From Acidimicrobiia bacterium (lineage in GTDB: Bacteria > Actinomycetota > Acidimicrobiia > Actinomarinales > Actinomarinaceae), in contig JAONAZ010000001.1 of NCBI GenBank assembly GCA_028376655.1, forward strand, positions 40,784-104,783: a stretch of DNA of 64,000 bases. The letters are read 5' to 3'. Shown piece after piece: positions 21,179-32,221 of this stretch; position 1 is the stretch's first letter, and each line of letters opens with the position of its first letter. The position numbers and the translations under genes were made by a program. The notes beneath the pieces are model-generated. The model saw only the letters and a list, made by a program, of their open reading frames with translations. It did no database searches and was not told the origin of the DNA.

Positions 21179-21891
21179 ATTTTTTCTAAATATTCATGGT
21201 CTGGAGAAATACCAGACTTTACACAATTTGCATAATATTCCTGCTCTTTTTTAAAAATATTTGAAATATTGTTTTCAGTGTTAAGAAAATATAATGCTTC
21301 ATTTAAAACCTTATATCTATATCCCTTTTCTAGTAAGTCTTTCATTAACTTATAATCTTGTGAATAATAAAACCTTTCATCGTAATTTCCAATTTCTTGA
21401 ATTACATCCTTTTTGATAAGTAGTGTCCCATGTATAAATGGGTTTTTGTATTTAATTAACATCTTCTTGGGAAGATAGTTTGAATATCTTGGAATAATTC
21501 CATTAGTTGAAATATTTATAGCTCTTGATGAACAAAAGTCTAAATTATATTCCTTAATAGCATTCAATTGCTTTTCTATTCTGCTTACGTCACTTACATC
21601 ATCTGAATCTTGTCGTGCAATAAATTTACCTGTACTTAAGTTAATTAGTTTATTCAGTGACTTGGTTAATCCTATATTTTTACTATTTTTAAATATTTTT
21701 ACTATTTTAGAATTTACTTCATATGACTTTATAATCTCATAAGTATTATCTGACGACCCGTCATCCATAATTAATATTTCAATATTTTCATATTGTTGTG
21801 CCAACATGCTATCTATTGATTTTCTAACAGTATTACTGGAATTATGAACACTCATTATGAATGACACTAAAGGTAAGTCCTTAAAAGTCAT
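21175..21891 (-). CDS. Glycosyltransferase family 2
   Basis: DDGSSD, NIGLTKSLN, ARQDSDD, SQDY. Confidence 0.9.
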   Translation of the reverse strand: MTFKDLPLVSFIMSVHNSSNTVRKSIDSMLAQQYENIEILIMDDGSSDNTYEIIKSYEVNSKIVKIFKNSKNIGLTKSLNKLINLSTGKFIARQDSDDVSDVSRIEKQLNAIKEYNLDFCSSRAINISTNGIIPRYSNYLPKKMLIKYKNPFIHGTLLIKKDVIQEIGNYDERFYYSQDYKLMKDLLEKGYRYKVLNEALYFLNTENNISNIFKKEQEYYANCVKSGISPDHEYLEKI

Positions 21892-22102
21892 CTATCTCTA
21901 CTTTTTAATTTATATTTAACTAATGATTTTAAATATAAAATTGAGTTGCACTGAATATAAAAGTCTATTACAAAAATTTTCATCAATAAGCTTGATATTA
22001 ATATTAAAAACATCTTTTATTTAAGAATTTTTAAATCAATTAGTTTAAGCTATTGCAAAGTTAGACTACAAGGGAAATTGAAAGCCTAAAGTAATAAATA
22101 AT

Positions 22103-22885
22103 ATGTTAAATAATATCTATATAAATGCTGACGACTACGGAAGATCTGAGATAATATCTCAGAAAATAATTGAATGTATTGATAATGGCATAATTAATAG
22201 TGTTTCAGTAATAATGGGAGCTGATTCAAGTGTCTATAAACAACTTGCTAAGAGAAATATAAAAACGAAGCTACACGTAAATTTAACAGACTTTCCCCCT
22301 AGTAAAGAAGAAGGTAACGAATTATTGATGAACATGACATTCATTAAATTATTATTCCTACGTGAGAAAAACCGTAAAATTGTAAAAAAAGAAATTGATA
22401 ATCAACTAGAAGAGTATATAAAATACTTTGGCACAAAATCTCTAATGATAGATGGCCATCAGCACATTCAGGCAATCCCATGGATATATGATTATTTGAC
22501 TTCAATTGAAGTTGGAATTAAAGAAATCAGATTACCTGATGAAAAGTTTTTCTTTGTAAGTCTTAAATCGACCTTGAATATTAGTTTTCTAAGAAACCTG
22601 AGTGCATTCCTTCTTCTTAAGTTTTTAGTAAGGTTTAGGCTTAAAAATAAACTCTACTCACCAAATTATTCTGGAATGCTGTATTCGGGTTTCTATAATG
22701 AAAAAATTTTAAAAACTAATTATTTATTGATTAAAGGGAAGGAAGCAAGCCATGAAATCGCTTTTCATCCAGGTCATACAGAATTATCTGAAATAGGACA
22801 ATTTAAACCCTTTTTTTATAAATACTACTCACATAAAAATAGATTAATTGAATACAGACTAGCTAAAGATTTTTTTCTTATGTGA
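22103..22885 (+). CDS. ChbG/HpnK (YdjC) family carbohydrate deacetylase
   Basis: INADDYG, LHVNLT, IDGHQH, FHPG. Confidence 0.88.
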   Translation: MLNNIYINADDYGRSEIISQKIIECIDNGIINSVSVIMGADSSVYKQLAKRNIKTKLHVNLTDFPPSKEEGNELLMNMTFIKLLFLREKNRKIVKKEIDNQLEEYIKYFGTKSLMIDGHQHIQAIPWIYDYLTSIEVGIKEIRLPDEKFFFVSLKSTLNISFLRNLSAFLLLKFLVRFRLKNKLYSPNYSGMLYSGFYNEKILKTNYLLIKGKEASHEIAFHPGHTELSEIGQFKPFFYKYYSHKNRLIEYRLAKDFFLM

Positions 22886-22891
22886 TTTGCT

Positions 22892-24016
22892 TTAAAAATC
22901 TACAATTCTTTTAAATTTTTGAAGTAGATCTTTTTCATTAAACATCTTTTTATAGAAATTAAAATTTTCTTTAGATTCTTTAAGCATTAATTCTTTATCT
23001 AAGGTTGATTCAATTTTACGTCTTAAATCTTCATAGTTAAATTGCTCGAATTGTAATTTGGAAGTATTAGGCAAAAAAGAACTTATTCCTCCATATACTG
23101 GAAAAATTGTGGGGATCTTTAATTTACTTGATTCTGTTAGTAATGTTGGTTGCCCTTCATAAACTCTTGTGGCTGATATTGTAAACCTGGCATTTGATAT
23201 AGTTTCTAGTGTCTCTTGGTTGGTCTTTTTTCCTAAAAAACTAATATTTTTATAATTTTGTTTTTGAAAATAACCTAAAGATGGGCCATCTCCAATAATT
23301 AATAATTTCATACTTCCCATATTTGAGATATTCCAAGTATCTACAAGTTCTTTTATTCCTTTTTCTTCAGATACACGACCAGCATAAATTCCATAATCAC
23401 TTACAGAGTTATAAGTTGTATTTGCATAGTCCTCTAATGAAATAGGATTTGGAAATATAAATACGTTATCTTCAAAGCCTAAAGACGATAAATATTTTTT
23501 ATGAAAATCAGAAAGTACAATTAACTTAATTTTTTTGTTAAAAAAACTTCTATATTTTTTAGAATAATTAGTTACAAGAGATGACTTCAAATAAGAGTTA
23601 TCGTAGCATTTATTCTTAATCCCACTTAACCTGTTGCTTGAGCAATCATGACATGCCTGCTCATTTCGGTAATGAATTGCATTAATACAGTCATACCTAA
23701 AATTATGCAACTTAATTAAAATCTCTACATCCTGGGTCAACAGATAGTCTATTATCCCAAGGGAAGCTTCAAACCATGTATTGTGTAAATATACTACATC
23801 AGGTTTAAACTCCTCTACTTTATTCATAATTTGTTTAACAGAATTTTTATTTTTATTTTGTAAAAAAGAAATATAGTTAGATGTTGTAATTTTTTCATTT
23901 TGAAAATAAATAATATCCGTTTCTATACTATTTTTAAAAAAATTAAACTCATTATCAACAGCAATATCTTCGCCACCCTCATGTTTGTACTTTGTATGAA
24001 CTATCAATAATTTCAT
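22892..24016 (-). CDS. Glycosyltransferase family 4
   Basis: GGEDIAV, HNFRYDC, AGRVSEEKG, YEGQP. Confidence 0.88.
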   Translation of the reverse strand: MKLLIVHTKYKHEGGEDIAVDNEFNFFKNSIETDIIYFQNEKITTSNYISFLQNKNKNSVKQIMNKVEEFKPDVVYLHNTWFEASLGIIDYLLTQDVEILIKLHNFRYDCINAIHYRNEQACHDCSSNRLSGIKNKCYDNSYLKSSLVTNYSKKYRSFFNKKIKLIVLSDFHKKYLSSLGFEDNVFIFPNPISLEDYANTTYNSVSDYGIYAGRVSEEKGIKELVDTWNISNMGSMKLLIIGDGPSLGYFQKQNYKNISFLGKKTNQETLETISNARFTISATRVYEGQPTLLTESSKLKIPTIFPVYGGISSFLPNTSKLQFEQFNYEDLRRKIESTLDKELMLKESKENFNFYKKMFNEKDLLQKFKRIVDF

Positions 24017-24093
24017 TAATAAATAGCCTATACGATAATTTATTTAGAGAAGGATAAAAAAAATTTATTGTTAGCTAACCTATTTTTATAAAT

Positions 24094-25212
24094 ATGAATA
24101 TTTTAATCATACTTACATACAAAATGTCCTTTGTGAATTGGAAGAAAAGTGGCTTGATAGATAGAGAACTTGAAATTTACAGAAAGCTACAGGACAGATA
24201 TAATCTTAACTTTACATTTGTAACTTTTGGTGACCATAATGATGAAAATATTTCCATTCCTGGTTTTAGGTTTAGTATTATTCCAATATTTAAATATCTA
24301 AAAAAATCTAATTACTTAGTAGTAAATATTTGTAAATCTATTTATTTTGCACTGAAAATAAATAATTATTGTCAAGATATATCTGTTATAAAAACAAATC
24401 AATTAATGGGCTCATGGATTGGAATAATATCAAAGTTTCGCCTAAAGGCTAACTTGATAGTTAGAACCGGATATGATGCATTTGAATTTGCTATTCGAGA
24501 TAATAAAAGCATTTTAAAAAAGACTCTTTACTATCTTCTTACCCAAACGTCCCTAATTGTTGCTGATATTTATACCGTAACAAGTGAATCTGATATGAAG
24601 CTTATTTTGAAAAGATTTAATACTAGATTTTCTAGATTGATCAAAGTCCCAAACTATGTTGTAACTCGAAATTTTGACGTAAAATTTGATAAAAGATCTG
24701 AAAATATACTTTCAATCGGAAGGCTCGAAAAACAGAAAAATTTTGAAGAATTGATTGAAGGTTTTTCAAATACCGATACAGAGATTGATCTAATTGGTAG
24801 TGGCTCAAGTGAAAAGAATCTAAAAGAACTAGCAAGAAAATGCAATACTAAAGTTAATTTCTTAGGAACTTTTTCAAATAATGAATTATTGAATATATAT
24901 AAAAATTATAAGTACTACGTGAGTACTTCAAATTTTGAAGGAAATTCAAAGACAATCTTAGAAGCCCTTAGCGGTGGTTGTATTGTATATGTCAAAGATA
25001 TACCGAACAACCTTGAAATTATTACAGATAAAGTAAATGGATTTTTATATAGTGAAAAATTTGATTATGAAAAGTTTGAAATAATAAAAAATTATGATAC
25101 TTCTTCTCTTGAAAAAATTTCAAATTCGGGTGTGAATTTAATAAACTCAATTTACTCCGTAGATAAACTTTTGGAGATTGAATATAAGAATTATCTTAGT
25201 TTAAAGAAATAG
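24094..25212 (+). CDS. Glycosyltransferase family 4
   Basis: IGRLEKQKN, FEGNSKTILEALSGG. Confidence 0.88.
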   Translation: MNILIILTYKMSFVNWKKSGLIDRELEIYRKLQDRYNLNFTFVTFGDHNDENISIPGFRFSIIPIFKYLKKSNYLVVNICKSIYFALKINNYCQDISVIKTNQLMGSWIGIISKFRLKANLIVRTGYDAFEFAIRDNKSILKKTLYYLLTQTSLIVADIYTVTSESDMKLILKRFNTRFSRLIKVPNYVVTRNFDVKFDKRSENILSIGRLEKQKNFEELIEGFSNTDTEIDLIGSGSSEKNLKELARKCNTKVNFLGTFSNNELLNIYKNYKYYVSTSNFEGNSKTILEALSGGCIVYVKDIPNNLEIITDKVNGFLYSEKFDYEKFEIIKNYDTSSLEKISNSGVNLINSIYSVDKLLEIEYKNYLSLKK

Positions 25213-25378
25213 TTCTCTTTTCATCCTCAATTTTAATTCCTTAATTTTTACATATTTTAAAGTACTTAATACAAATATAAGATATCAGGCAAGAAATCAA
25301 AGACTCTAAAAGTGTATAATTCTACTTGTAGAGATTGGGATATTTATAAATAAAATAATAAAAAAAATATTAAATATA

Positions 25379-26215
25379 TTGGTAAGTAACAATAGTTCCT
25401 TCTTCAGGTATAGCAGCAAACCCTATATCTCAGGTGATACATTTAGAAATTTATCTAAGCACATTCATGATGAAACAAAATTAGTAAATCCTAAAAATGT
25501 AAATGAAAATGATATAGTATTTCTAAAAACTGACTTTATTGAAAGTTATTTTAGTGACATCCATCCACAAATTAGCTTCAACTACAATTTGATTACTCAC
25601 AATTCCGATATTTCAGTTACAAATAAACTAATTAAGCTTAAAGATGAGAATATAAAAAATTGGTTTATCCAAAATCTAGATGCTCCTGCTACAGATTCCA
25701 TACACCCACTTCCGATAGGACTTGAAAATAGGAGATACTTTAATAATGGTAGGATATCCCTTTACAAAAGAACTCAAGCAAATAGCAAAAATAAATACAT
25801 ATTATCAGCCTTTAATACATTTTCTAATCCGAAAGAACGTTCAGAGCTAAACAAAATTACTAAAAATAATCCACTCGTTAACAAACTTGATGCCTCTTTT
25901 CAAAACGATTATGTTAGAGAGCTGGCTAGTCATAGATACGCTTTGTGTCCAGCAGGTAATGGCTTGGACTCTCACAGAATTTGGGAGTCACTAATACTAA
26001 GAGTTATTCCTATTCTTAAAGAGTCAAACTTTTCTAGGAATTTACATAACTTAGGAATACCAATGGTTTTGTTAAAAAACTGGGGAGAATTAAGAAATTT
26101 AACTTTAGACAAACTAGAGGAAAACTATACTCAAACTCTTGAAAGTGTTGAACTTCAGAAATTTAGTTCTTTTGATTTTTGGAATAAATTTATTTTAGAA
26201 AAAATTAAAACTTAG
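25379..26215 (+). CDS. Exostosin/GT47-like putative glycosyltransferase
   Basis: LITHNSD, PIGLEN, YALCPAGNGLDSHRIWESL. Confidence 0.6.
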   Translation: MVSNNSSFFRYSSKPYISGDTFRNLSKHIHDETKLVNPKNVNENDIVFLKTDFIESYFSDIHPQISFNYNLITHNSDISVTNKLIKLKDENIKNWFIQNLDAPATDSIHPLPIGLENRRYFNNGRISLYKRTQANSKNKYILSAFNTFSNPKERSELNKITKNNPLVNKLDASFQNDYVRELASHRYALCPAGNGLDSHRIWESLILRVIPILKESNFSRNLHNLGIPMVLLKNWGELRNLTLDKLEENYTQTLESVELQKFSSFDFWNKFILEKIKT

Positions 26216-26964
26216 CTTAATTTAAGCATGTTTTTTATAAATATTTTTAATTTCTTTTTATAAAACAAAAGCAAGTCATAAATTATGTTGTTTCGATAAT
26301 AATAATTAAAATTTCCAAGGAAAATTTGTCTCATGTTAAGAAGATTCTTATTTACATAAAGAGCATCTCCAAAACTTCCAGCATTGATTGTAGGAATGGG
26401 TTGATTTATTCTTTTTATTTGGTCGACAACAACAAAACCTTTACTTTTCATAAACCTATTTAAATCTTTATACTTGGGTTGCTTCTTGTAACCCTCATAA
26501 TTAGCAAATTCAACAATTGCAAACTTTAAAGAAGCTAGTTTATCTTCAAATCCTTTTAAAACTTCTATTTCAAAACCTTGAGTGTCAATCACTGCAGCAT
26601 CAACCTCATCAATTCCCAAAGATATAAATTTTTTAACATTGATTTGAATTTTATTAGAAAAAGTTATTTTTGAATCTCGTGGTTCTAGAAGGGAAGAGCT
26701 TCCCGAATCTTCACCATCTGCTATGTATATATCAGTTTTTTCATCCCTAGACCCTAGAGCACAATCATATAATTTATACTTTGGTTTTGTAGATATTTTA
26801 TCTTTAATAATCTTTATACACCTAGGTAATGGCTCAACAAGATATATCTTTTGAATATCATATTGATCATATATCCATACTTCTTGAGCCTCATGTGCAC
26901 CAATATGGATTAAAGTTTTTACATCATAAAATGTAAGTCCTTTATCTAATAATTCCGAACCCAT
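26212..26964 (-). CDS. FkbM family methyltransferase
   Basis: IHIGAH, VEP, SSSLL, IDTQGFEIEVLKG, GDALY. Confidence 0.9.
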   Translation of the reverse strand: MGSELLDKGLTFYDVKTLIHIGAHEAQEVWIYDQYDIQKIYLVEPLPRCIKIIKDKISTKPKYKLYDCALGSRDEKTDIYIADGEDSGSSSLLEPRDSKITFSNKIQINVKKFISLGIDEVDAAVIDTQGFEIEVLKGFEDKLASLKFAIVEFANYEGYKKQPKYKDLNRFMKSKGFVVVDQIKRINQPIPTINAGSFGDALYVNKNLLNMRQIFLGNFNYYYRNNIIYDLLLFYKKKLKIFIKNMLKLS

Positions 26965-27084
26965 ATTTAGATTTTAATAACAAATAAATTAATATTGATA
27001 TATTTCTTAATTAAAATAATAAGATTATGATTAAAAATAGAAGCTTTACAATTATATAAAAAATTCTTTTATTGATCGGTACTT

Positions 27085-28989
27085 TTGATAGTAAAAAAAA
27101 TAACAAAACGTAATGATATACAAATTTACAGAGGAATTTCTGTTTTAGCAGTTATTCTTTATCACTTAAGCCCTGTAAGTTTTCCTGGTGGATACCTAGG
27201 TGTTGATATTTTTTTTGTCATATCTGGATTTGTCATATCTAATTTAATTTTTTCAGAAATAGACGCTCAAAAATTTAGTTTTAAAAATTTTTATTTAAGA
27301 AGATTTAGAAGGATTATCCCTTCTGTATTAAGCTTTACAATTTTTGTTCAAATATTACTATTTTTTATTGAAGATAATAAAGAAATCTATGAGATATCTA
27401 AAGGGCTAATTTACTCACTTTTTTTTACCGCTAATATCTATCTCTCAAGAGTGGTTGGTTATTTTAATTCTCAAAATACAGAAAATTACATTGTTAACTT
27501 ATGGAGCTTGTCGGTTGAAGAACAGTTTTATCTTTTCTTTCCTATTATTTTAATTTCCCTTACAAAAAAGAGTCTTCATTTCAGAATTGTAACAATTCTT
27601 TTTATAACAGGCTTTTCATTACTTTTTTTTAATCGAAGCTTTTTTGATAATTTTTTATTTATTGATAACGTATTTTTAAATTTTGATAATTTTTTATTCT
27701 ACAGTCCATTTACTAGATTTTGGCAATTTTCTATTGGAGTAATCTGTATGCTTTTAAATCAAATAAGATCTTATAGAGTGACTCTTTCAGAAAAATACAT
27801 TCCGTTATTTTCAATTGGATTTTTGTATTTTCTTTCAGGGTTTTCATCATCTTCTGGGAGAATTTTTTCTTCAGTATTAGTTACTTTAATTTTTGTTGTA
27901 ATTTTATACGTAGAGATTAGCTTTAAAAAAATTAATTTATTAACAAAAACTTTTTTATACCTTGGTAATATTTCTTATTCTCTTTATCTATTTCATCAAC
28001 CTATTTTTGCAAGTATAAGAAAATATCAAATATATTCAGGAAGCGAGGCTTTTTTAAATTTAAATAGTGTTTCTGGGCTTATGTTAACTTTTATTTGTAT
28101 ATTTCTAGTTAGTTTTTTGAATTACGAGTTAATAGAAAATAAATTCAGACATCTAGCTCCAAATAATAGAAATATAAAACATCTGCTAGCTCCAATGATT
28201 TTTTTGGCTTTCTTGCTTCCTTCAATAGGGATATTCACTGAAGGGTATAATTTTTTAAATAGAAACAATCTAAGACAATACCCATCTAATTCCGAACTTA
28301 ATTTTTTAGTAGGTACAAATTTTATAAAAAATGAGAATTCTCTGTGTTTAGGTAGAGATATTAAGGAGCTATGTATTTACAACGAGAAACTAAAAGATGA
28401 AAAAAGAATTTATTTTGTAGGAGACTCCATAATCGGGTCTCTTGTAGCTGGATTTGTAGAAAATAGTAACTACGAAACTTACACTTTTATAGACTCAACA
28501 AAAGGATCGTGCCCAATATTATTTAATTATTGTGATTTCAAAAATAATTCTGAAAGATTTGAATTATTAACACAGATTAAAAATTCCACAATTATTTTAG
28601 GAGGTAATTACGAAAAATTTGTATATGATGAAAAATTTGAAGATGATTTTACAAATACTATTGAACAGTTTGATAAAAGTAATACGATTTTTTTGATTAA
28701 CTCTGTACCTTACCCTGGTACTAACATAAAGTTATATGAACGGTTTAATAAAAAAATGTTCAAAACAGAATACACCGTTATGAAAAACCAAAACACCCAA
28801 TTAAAAAAGTTGTTTAATAAGACTGGCGAAAATAACAATATTACAACAGTAAATATCGACTCTCTTTTTTGTAATGATCTTTGTATTTTTCAGGATAAAG
28901 ATTATTATTTTTTTAATGATCATTCACACTTTTCATATTTTGGATCAAAAAAAGTTTCAGATTATATTTACACATTAATAAAAGACTAA
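27085..28989 (+). CDS. Acyltransferase-3 + SGNH fusion (OatA/OafA-like O-acyltransferase)
   Basis: GYLGVDIFFVISG, RRFRRI, WSLSVEEQFY, SYSLYLFH; SGNH motifs GDS and DHSH. Confidence 0.9.
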   Translation: MIVKKITKRNDIQIYRGISVLAVILYHLSPVSFPGGYLGVDIFFVISGFVISNLIFSEIDAQKFSFKNFYLRRFRRIIPSVLSFTIFVQILLFFIEDNKEIYEISKGLIYSLFFTANIYLSRVVGYFNSQNTENYIVNLWSLSVEEQFYLFFPIILISLTKKSLHFRIVTILFITGFSLLFFNRSFFDNFLFIDNVFLNFDNFLFYSPFTRFWQFSIGVICMLLNQIRSYRVTLSEKYIPLFSIGFLYFLSGFSSSSGRIFSSVLVTLIFVVILYVEISFKKINLLTKTFLYLGNISYSLYLFHQPIFASIRKYQIYSGSEAFLNLNSVSGLMLTFICIFLVSFLNYELIENKFRHLAPNNRNIKHLLAPMIFLAFLLPSIGIFTEGYNFLNRNNLRQYPSNSELNFLVGTNFIKNENSLCLGRDIKELCIYNEKLKDEKRIYFVGDSIIGSLVAGFVENSNYETYTFIDSTKGSCPILFNYCDFKNNSERFELLTQIKNSTIILGGNYEKFVYDEKFEDDFTNTIEQFDKSNTIFLINSVPYPGTNIKLYERFNKKMFKTEYTVMKNQNTQLKKLFNKTGENNNITTVNIDSLFCNDLCIFQDKDYYFFNDHSHFSYFGSKKVSDYIYTLIKD

Positions 28990-29141
28990 TTAGGGTTAAT
29001 ACTACTTAGTTTCTATTAATCGTTACTTATAGTCCAATATAAACTTTCATCTAATTGATTTTCCTCAAATAGTTTAAAGTTTTTTCTAATAGTTCTGGTC
29101 CTATATTTTCACTCTAACAATTAAAGAATTTATGTTTAAGG

Positions 29142-29846
29142 TTAAATTTTATGATTAGCCCAAGGCGCTGAACCCTTTTCCCACAAATCATTCATCTTTA
29201 CATACTCTCTGTATGTATCCATCGGTTCAAAATATCCGTTGTGAATAAAAGCCTTAAGTTCACCATCCTCAGATAACCGAGTCAAAGGCTCTTCTTCAAT
29301 TGTTGAATTATTGTTCAAATAATCCAAGATTTTAATATTGAAAACCATATATCCAATGTTAACAAATCCCTCTAACTTTGGTTTTTCAATAAATTTGTTG
29401 ACAAAATATTTTTCATCAAACTCAACTAATCCAAATCTAGATGTTGGGTTTGAAACAGTTAATGTCCCTATAGAATTTTGAGAAAAATGAAAATCAATTA
29501 AATTATTAATATTTACGTTTGCAAGACCATCACCATAAGTAAAAAGGAAATTTGGTTCTAGTAGATCTCGAATATTGTAAAGTCTTCCTCCAGTATTTGT
29601 ATCTTCCCCAGTAAAAACTACTTTTACATTCTTGACCCCTTTAAAATATCTCTCTATTATTTCACTTTTATATCCTGAACAAATTATGAATTCAAAATTA
29701 GAATAAAATGAAAAAATATTCATTAAATGTTGAATAACAGGTTCAGATCCAATATTTACCATTGGCTTAGGAAGAGATTCGGTTAAAACTCTCATCCGAG
29801 TTCCTTTGCCTCCGGCAAGAATTACTACTTGTTTTATATTACTCAA
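29142..29846 (-). CDS. rfbF: Glucose-1-phosphate cytidylyltransferase-like
   Basis: ILAGGKGTR, PKPMV, TNTGGRL, TYGDG, PMDTYRE, APW. Confidence 0.8.
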   Translation of the reverse strand: MSNIKQVVILAGGKGTRMRVLTESLPKPMVNIGSEPVIQHLMNIFSFYSNFEFIICSGYKSEIIERYFKGVKNVKVVFTGEDTNTGGRLYNIRDLLEPNFLFTYGDGLANVNINNLIDFHFSQNSIGTLTVSNPTSRFGLVEFDEKYFVNKFIEKPKLEGFVNIGYMVFNIKILDYLNNNSTIEEEPLTRLSEDGELKAFIHNGYFEPMDTYREYVKMNDLWEKGSAPWANHKI

Positions 29847-29878
29847 ACTATTTTAATTTTAATGTTTAAAATATATTT

Positions 29879-30718
29879 ATGCACAATGAAGGAATAATTG
29901 TTACTGGTGCAAATGGTTTTTTAGGCAAAAATTTATTTGAACAAAATAAAAATTTAAATTTACTTACAATAAAAAGAACTGACGTTTCAAACTCTAATCA
30001 GTTGAAACTCTATTCAAGAGATGCTGAATTGATAGATGCTCAAGATAGTCAATACAGTGAATTTACCTTGATTCACTTAGCTACACTTTTTTCAGTAGAT
30101 CTAAATACTAATAATGAGATAAAGGATGCAAATTTAGACTATGGCCAAGGAGTCCTAAAAAAAATAGAGCACCTAAATCTTAAGAAAATCATTTATACAA
30201 ACTCAATGTTTGGTTTTTATAAAGATGAAGATGCTAGAAGTTCATACTATTCTGTTACAAAGAATTTGTTTTCGGAGTATTTGAGTAGATACACAAAAGA
30301 CCGATCTATACTCTTTGAAGAAATTTATATTGATAATAATTTTGGAAGCAACGATAAAAGATCAAAAGTTATGCCAGCTATTTTCAAATCTTTCAAAAAT
30401 AACTACAGTAATCCCATAAAAAATCCTGAGGCTTTCATGAATCTATTATTTATCGATGATGTTGTTAAACGAATTAATTATTCACTAGAAAGCGATACTA
30501 GCGGAGAAAGTTGTTTTATTGACAAAAAAATGATTCGTGTAGAGTCAATATATAAATTCATTGAAAATTATATATTTAATAAATCTGTAGAACCTAGTTT
30601 GTTAGATTATCAGGAAAATGATTATATTAGTGGCTATCCTGAGATTGATTTGAAGAACATCAAACTCACACCACATGAGAAATCTTTAATAACTGCAACT
30701 AATGAGGTGATGGCTTGA
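29879..30718 (+). CDS. NAD-dependent nucleotide-sugar epimerase/reductase
   Basis: VTGANGFLG, IHLAT, YxxxK (YSVTK). Confidence 0.75.
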   Translation: MHNEGIIVTGANGFLGKNLFEQNKNLNLLTIKRTDVSNSNQLKLYSRDAELIDAQDSQYSEFTLIHLATLFSVDLNTNNEIKDANLDYGQGVLKKIEHLNLKKIIYTNSMFGFYKDEDARSSYYSVTKNLFSEYLSRYTKDRSILFEEIYIDNNFGSNDKRSKVMPAIFKSFKNNYSNPIKNPEAFMNLLFIDDVVKRINYSLESDTSGESCFIDKKMIRVESIYKFIENYIFNKSVEPSLLDYQENDYISGYPEIDLKNIKLTPHEKSLITATNEVMA

Positions 30719-31251
30719 TAATTCGTCCTTTTTCAGAAGAATTTGATGATATAAAAGTTTCAGAAGGTGTTTTTCTTGAAGATGATAGAGGTTTTTTAAA
30801 AAAAACTATCTTTGGTGATGACTTAATACGACTTATGGGTGAAGTTAATGAGGTTATTTGTTCGACCTCCAGGAAAAATGTTATAAGAGGAATGCACTTT
30901 CAAGTTCCCCCTTTTGGTGTTAATAAATTTATAAAATGTATTAGTGGAGAAATTATAGACGTATTTATTGACTTAAGGTCAGAATCAAAATCTTTTGGAA
31001 AAGTTGGAAGCATGAACTTAAAACAAGAGGATAACTATTCATTATTTATTCCAGAAGGTTTTGGACATGGTTATCTGGCTTTAAAAGATACATCTACAGT
31101 TGTGTATTTACAATCAAAAAAATTTTCAAAGGAACATGACTTTACAATAAATCCTTTTTCAATTGATTTTGATTGGTCTGTAGAAAACTCCATCATTTCC
31201 GAAAAAGATAAGTCTGGAATAAATTTTTCTGAATTTAACTCAATTTTTTAA
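30715..31251 (+). CDS. rfbC: NDP-4-dehydro-6-deoxyhexose 3,5-epimerase (RmlC/RfbC family)
   Basis: DDRGF, IRGMHFQ, DLRSES, IPEGFGHG, SEKD. Confidence 0.88.
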   Translation: MIIRPFSEEFDDIKVSEGVFLEDDRGFLKKTIFGDDLIRLMGEVNEVICSTSRKNVIRGMHFQVPPFGVNKFIKCISGEIIDVFIDLRSESKSFGKVGSMNLKQEDNYSLFIPEGFGHGYLALKDTSTVVYLQSKKFSKEHDFTINPFSIDFDWSVENSIISEKDKSGINFSEFNSIF

Positions 31252-31998
31252 TCATCTTAATTTAAAGTAGAAATATTTAATAACTCTAAAAATTAAGAAC
31301 AATACTTGATCTAAAAATGTATCGATTACCTCGTTTTTTTTTCTAAACTTTTTATAATTTTTAGATACTTTTAACATTAACAACCCTTCGAATGCTCTCG
31401 GAAGTTTAAATTTATCTAGTCTTAGTCTTGTGTGGAAAATGTCATATCTTAAGTCTGATGGTCGAGGGTAGGAGATAACATCATTTCTTTCAAAGTTAGT
31501 GAATGTTACATTTTGATCCTCCAATAATCTTGATATCGCTATGTCATCAATAAGAGAATGGTCCCATTTATCTTTGTTTTCCAAAATAAGATTTAAGATA
31601 CTTTTATCAATCATATACGCTGCACCAGAGATAAATTTTGATTTATCTTGCTCACCAATATGACCTCCACAAAAGTTATCTGAACTAAGGGATTCAACTA
31701 ATTTTTCTAATGCAATTGAATCTATGTAGGATGAATTATTAGTTCTTAGTATATAATCAAAGTCATAGTTTTGATTTACATACTCAAAAGCCTCTAGAGT
31801 TCTCCTACCCATATCTACAAATTTCGTTGATGATTTTAAGTATAAATTATTTTTTTCAACGTGTGACTTGTGGGAACCTCCAAAATAGAACAAAACTGGA
31901 TACTTTGACTGTCGAACCCACGAAGCTTTTTGAAAAATTTGATTCAAATAAGATGGATAGGTTTTGGATGATACAACTAGTATTAATACATTTTTCAT
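31252..31998 (-). CDS. Galactosyltransferase/Fringe (GT31)-like putative glycosyltransferase
   Basis: FDYILRTNNSSY, FISGAAY, IDDIAIS. Confidence 0.55.
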   Translation of the reverse strand: MKNVLILVVSSKTYPSYLNQIFQKASWVRQSKYPVLFYFGGSHKSHVEKNNLYLKSSTKFVDMGRRTLEAFEYVNQNYDFDYILRTNNSSYIDSIALEKLVESLSSDNFCGGHIGEQDKSKFISGAAYMIDKSILNLILENKDKWDHSLIDDIAISRLLEDQNVTFTNFERNDVISYPRPSDLRYDIFHTRLRLDKFKLPRAFEGLLMLKVSKNYKKFRKKNEVIDTFLDQVLFLIFRVIKYFYFKLR

Positions 31999-32221
31999 TT
32001 TTTTACTTTTGTGGTACTTCTAAATATTTTATATCCTAAAGAGACTCTCTCTTTTAAGTCAGAATTAGATTTGCAAATCTTCATCACAATTTTACCTATA
32101 CCCTCTCAGAGATAAAAAAATACAATAAAATAAAGGGAGGTGCTATGTTGTTCATTAATTTAATATCTCTCATCTGCTTTAATTAACTAAATTATTTCAG
32201 ATGTCCTAATCTGAAGTTTAA

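Noticed and set aside
32067..32080. 14-bp perfect palindrome AGATTTGCAAATCT as an operator
   Set aside because: I saw only one occurrence and no regulator nearby; plausible by chance in AT-rich DNA
32135..32186. GGGAGG followed by a 13-codon hydrophobic ORF (MLFINLISLICFN)
   Set aside because: Too short, with no other support; most genes here do not appear to use SD sequences
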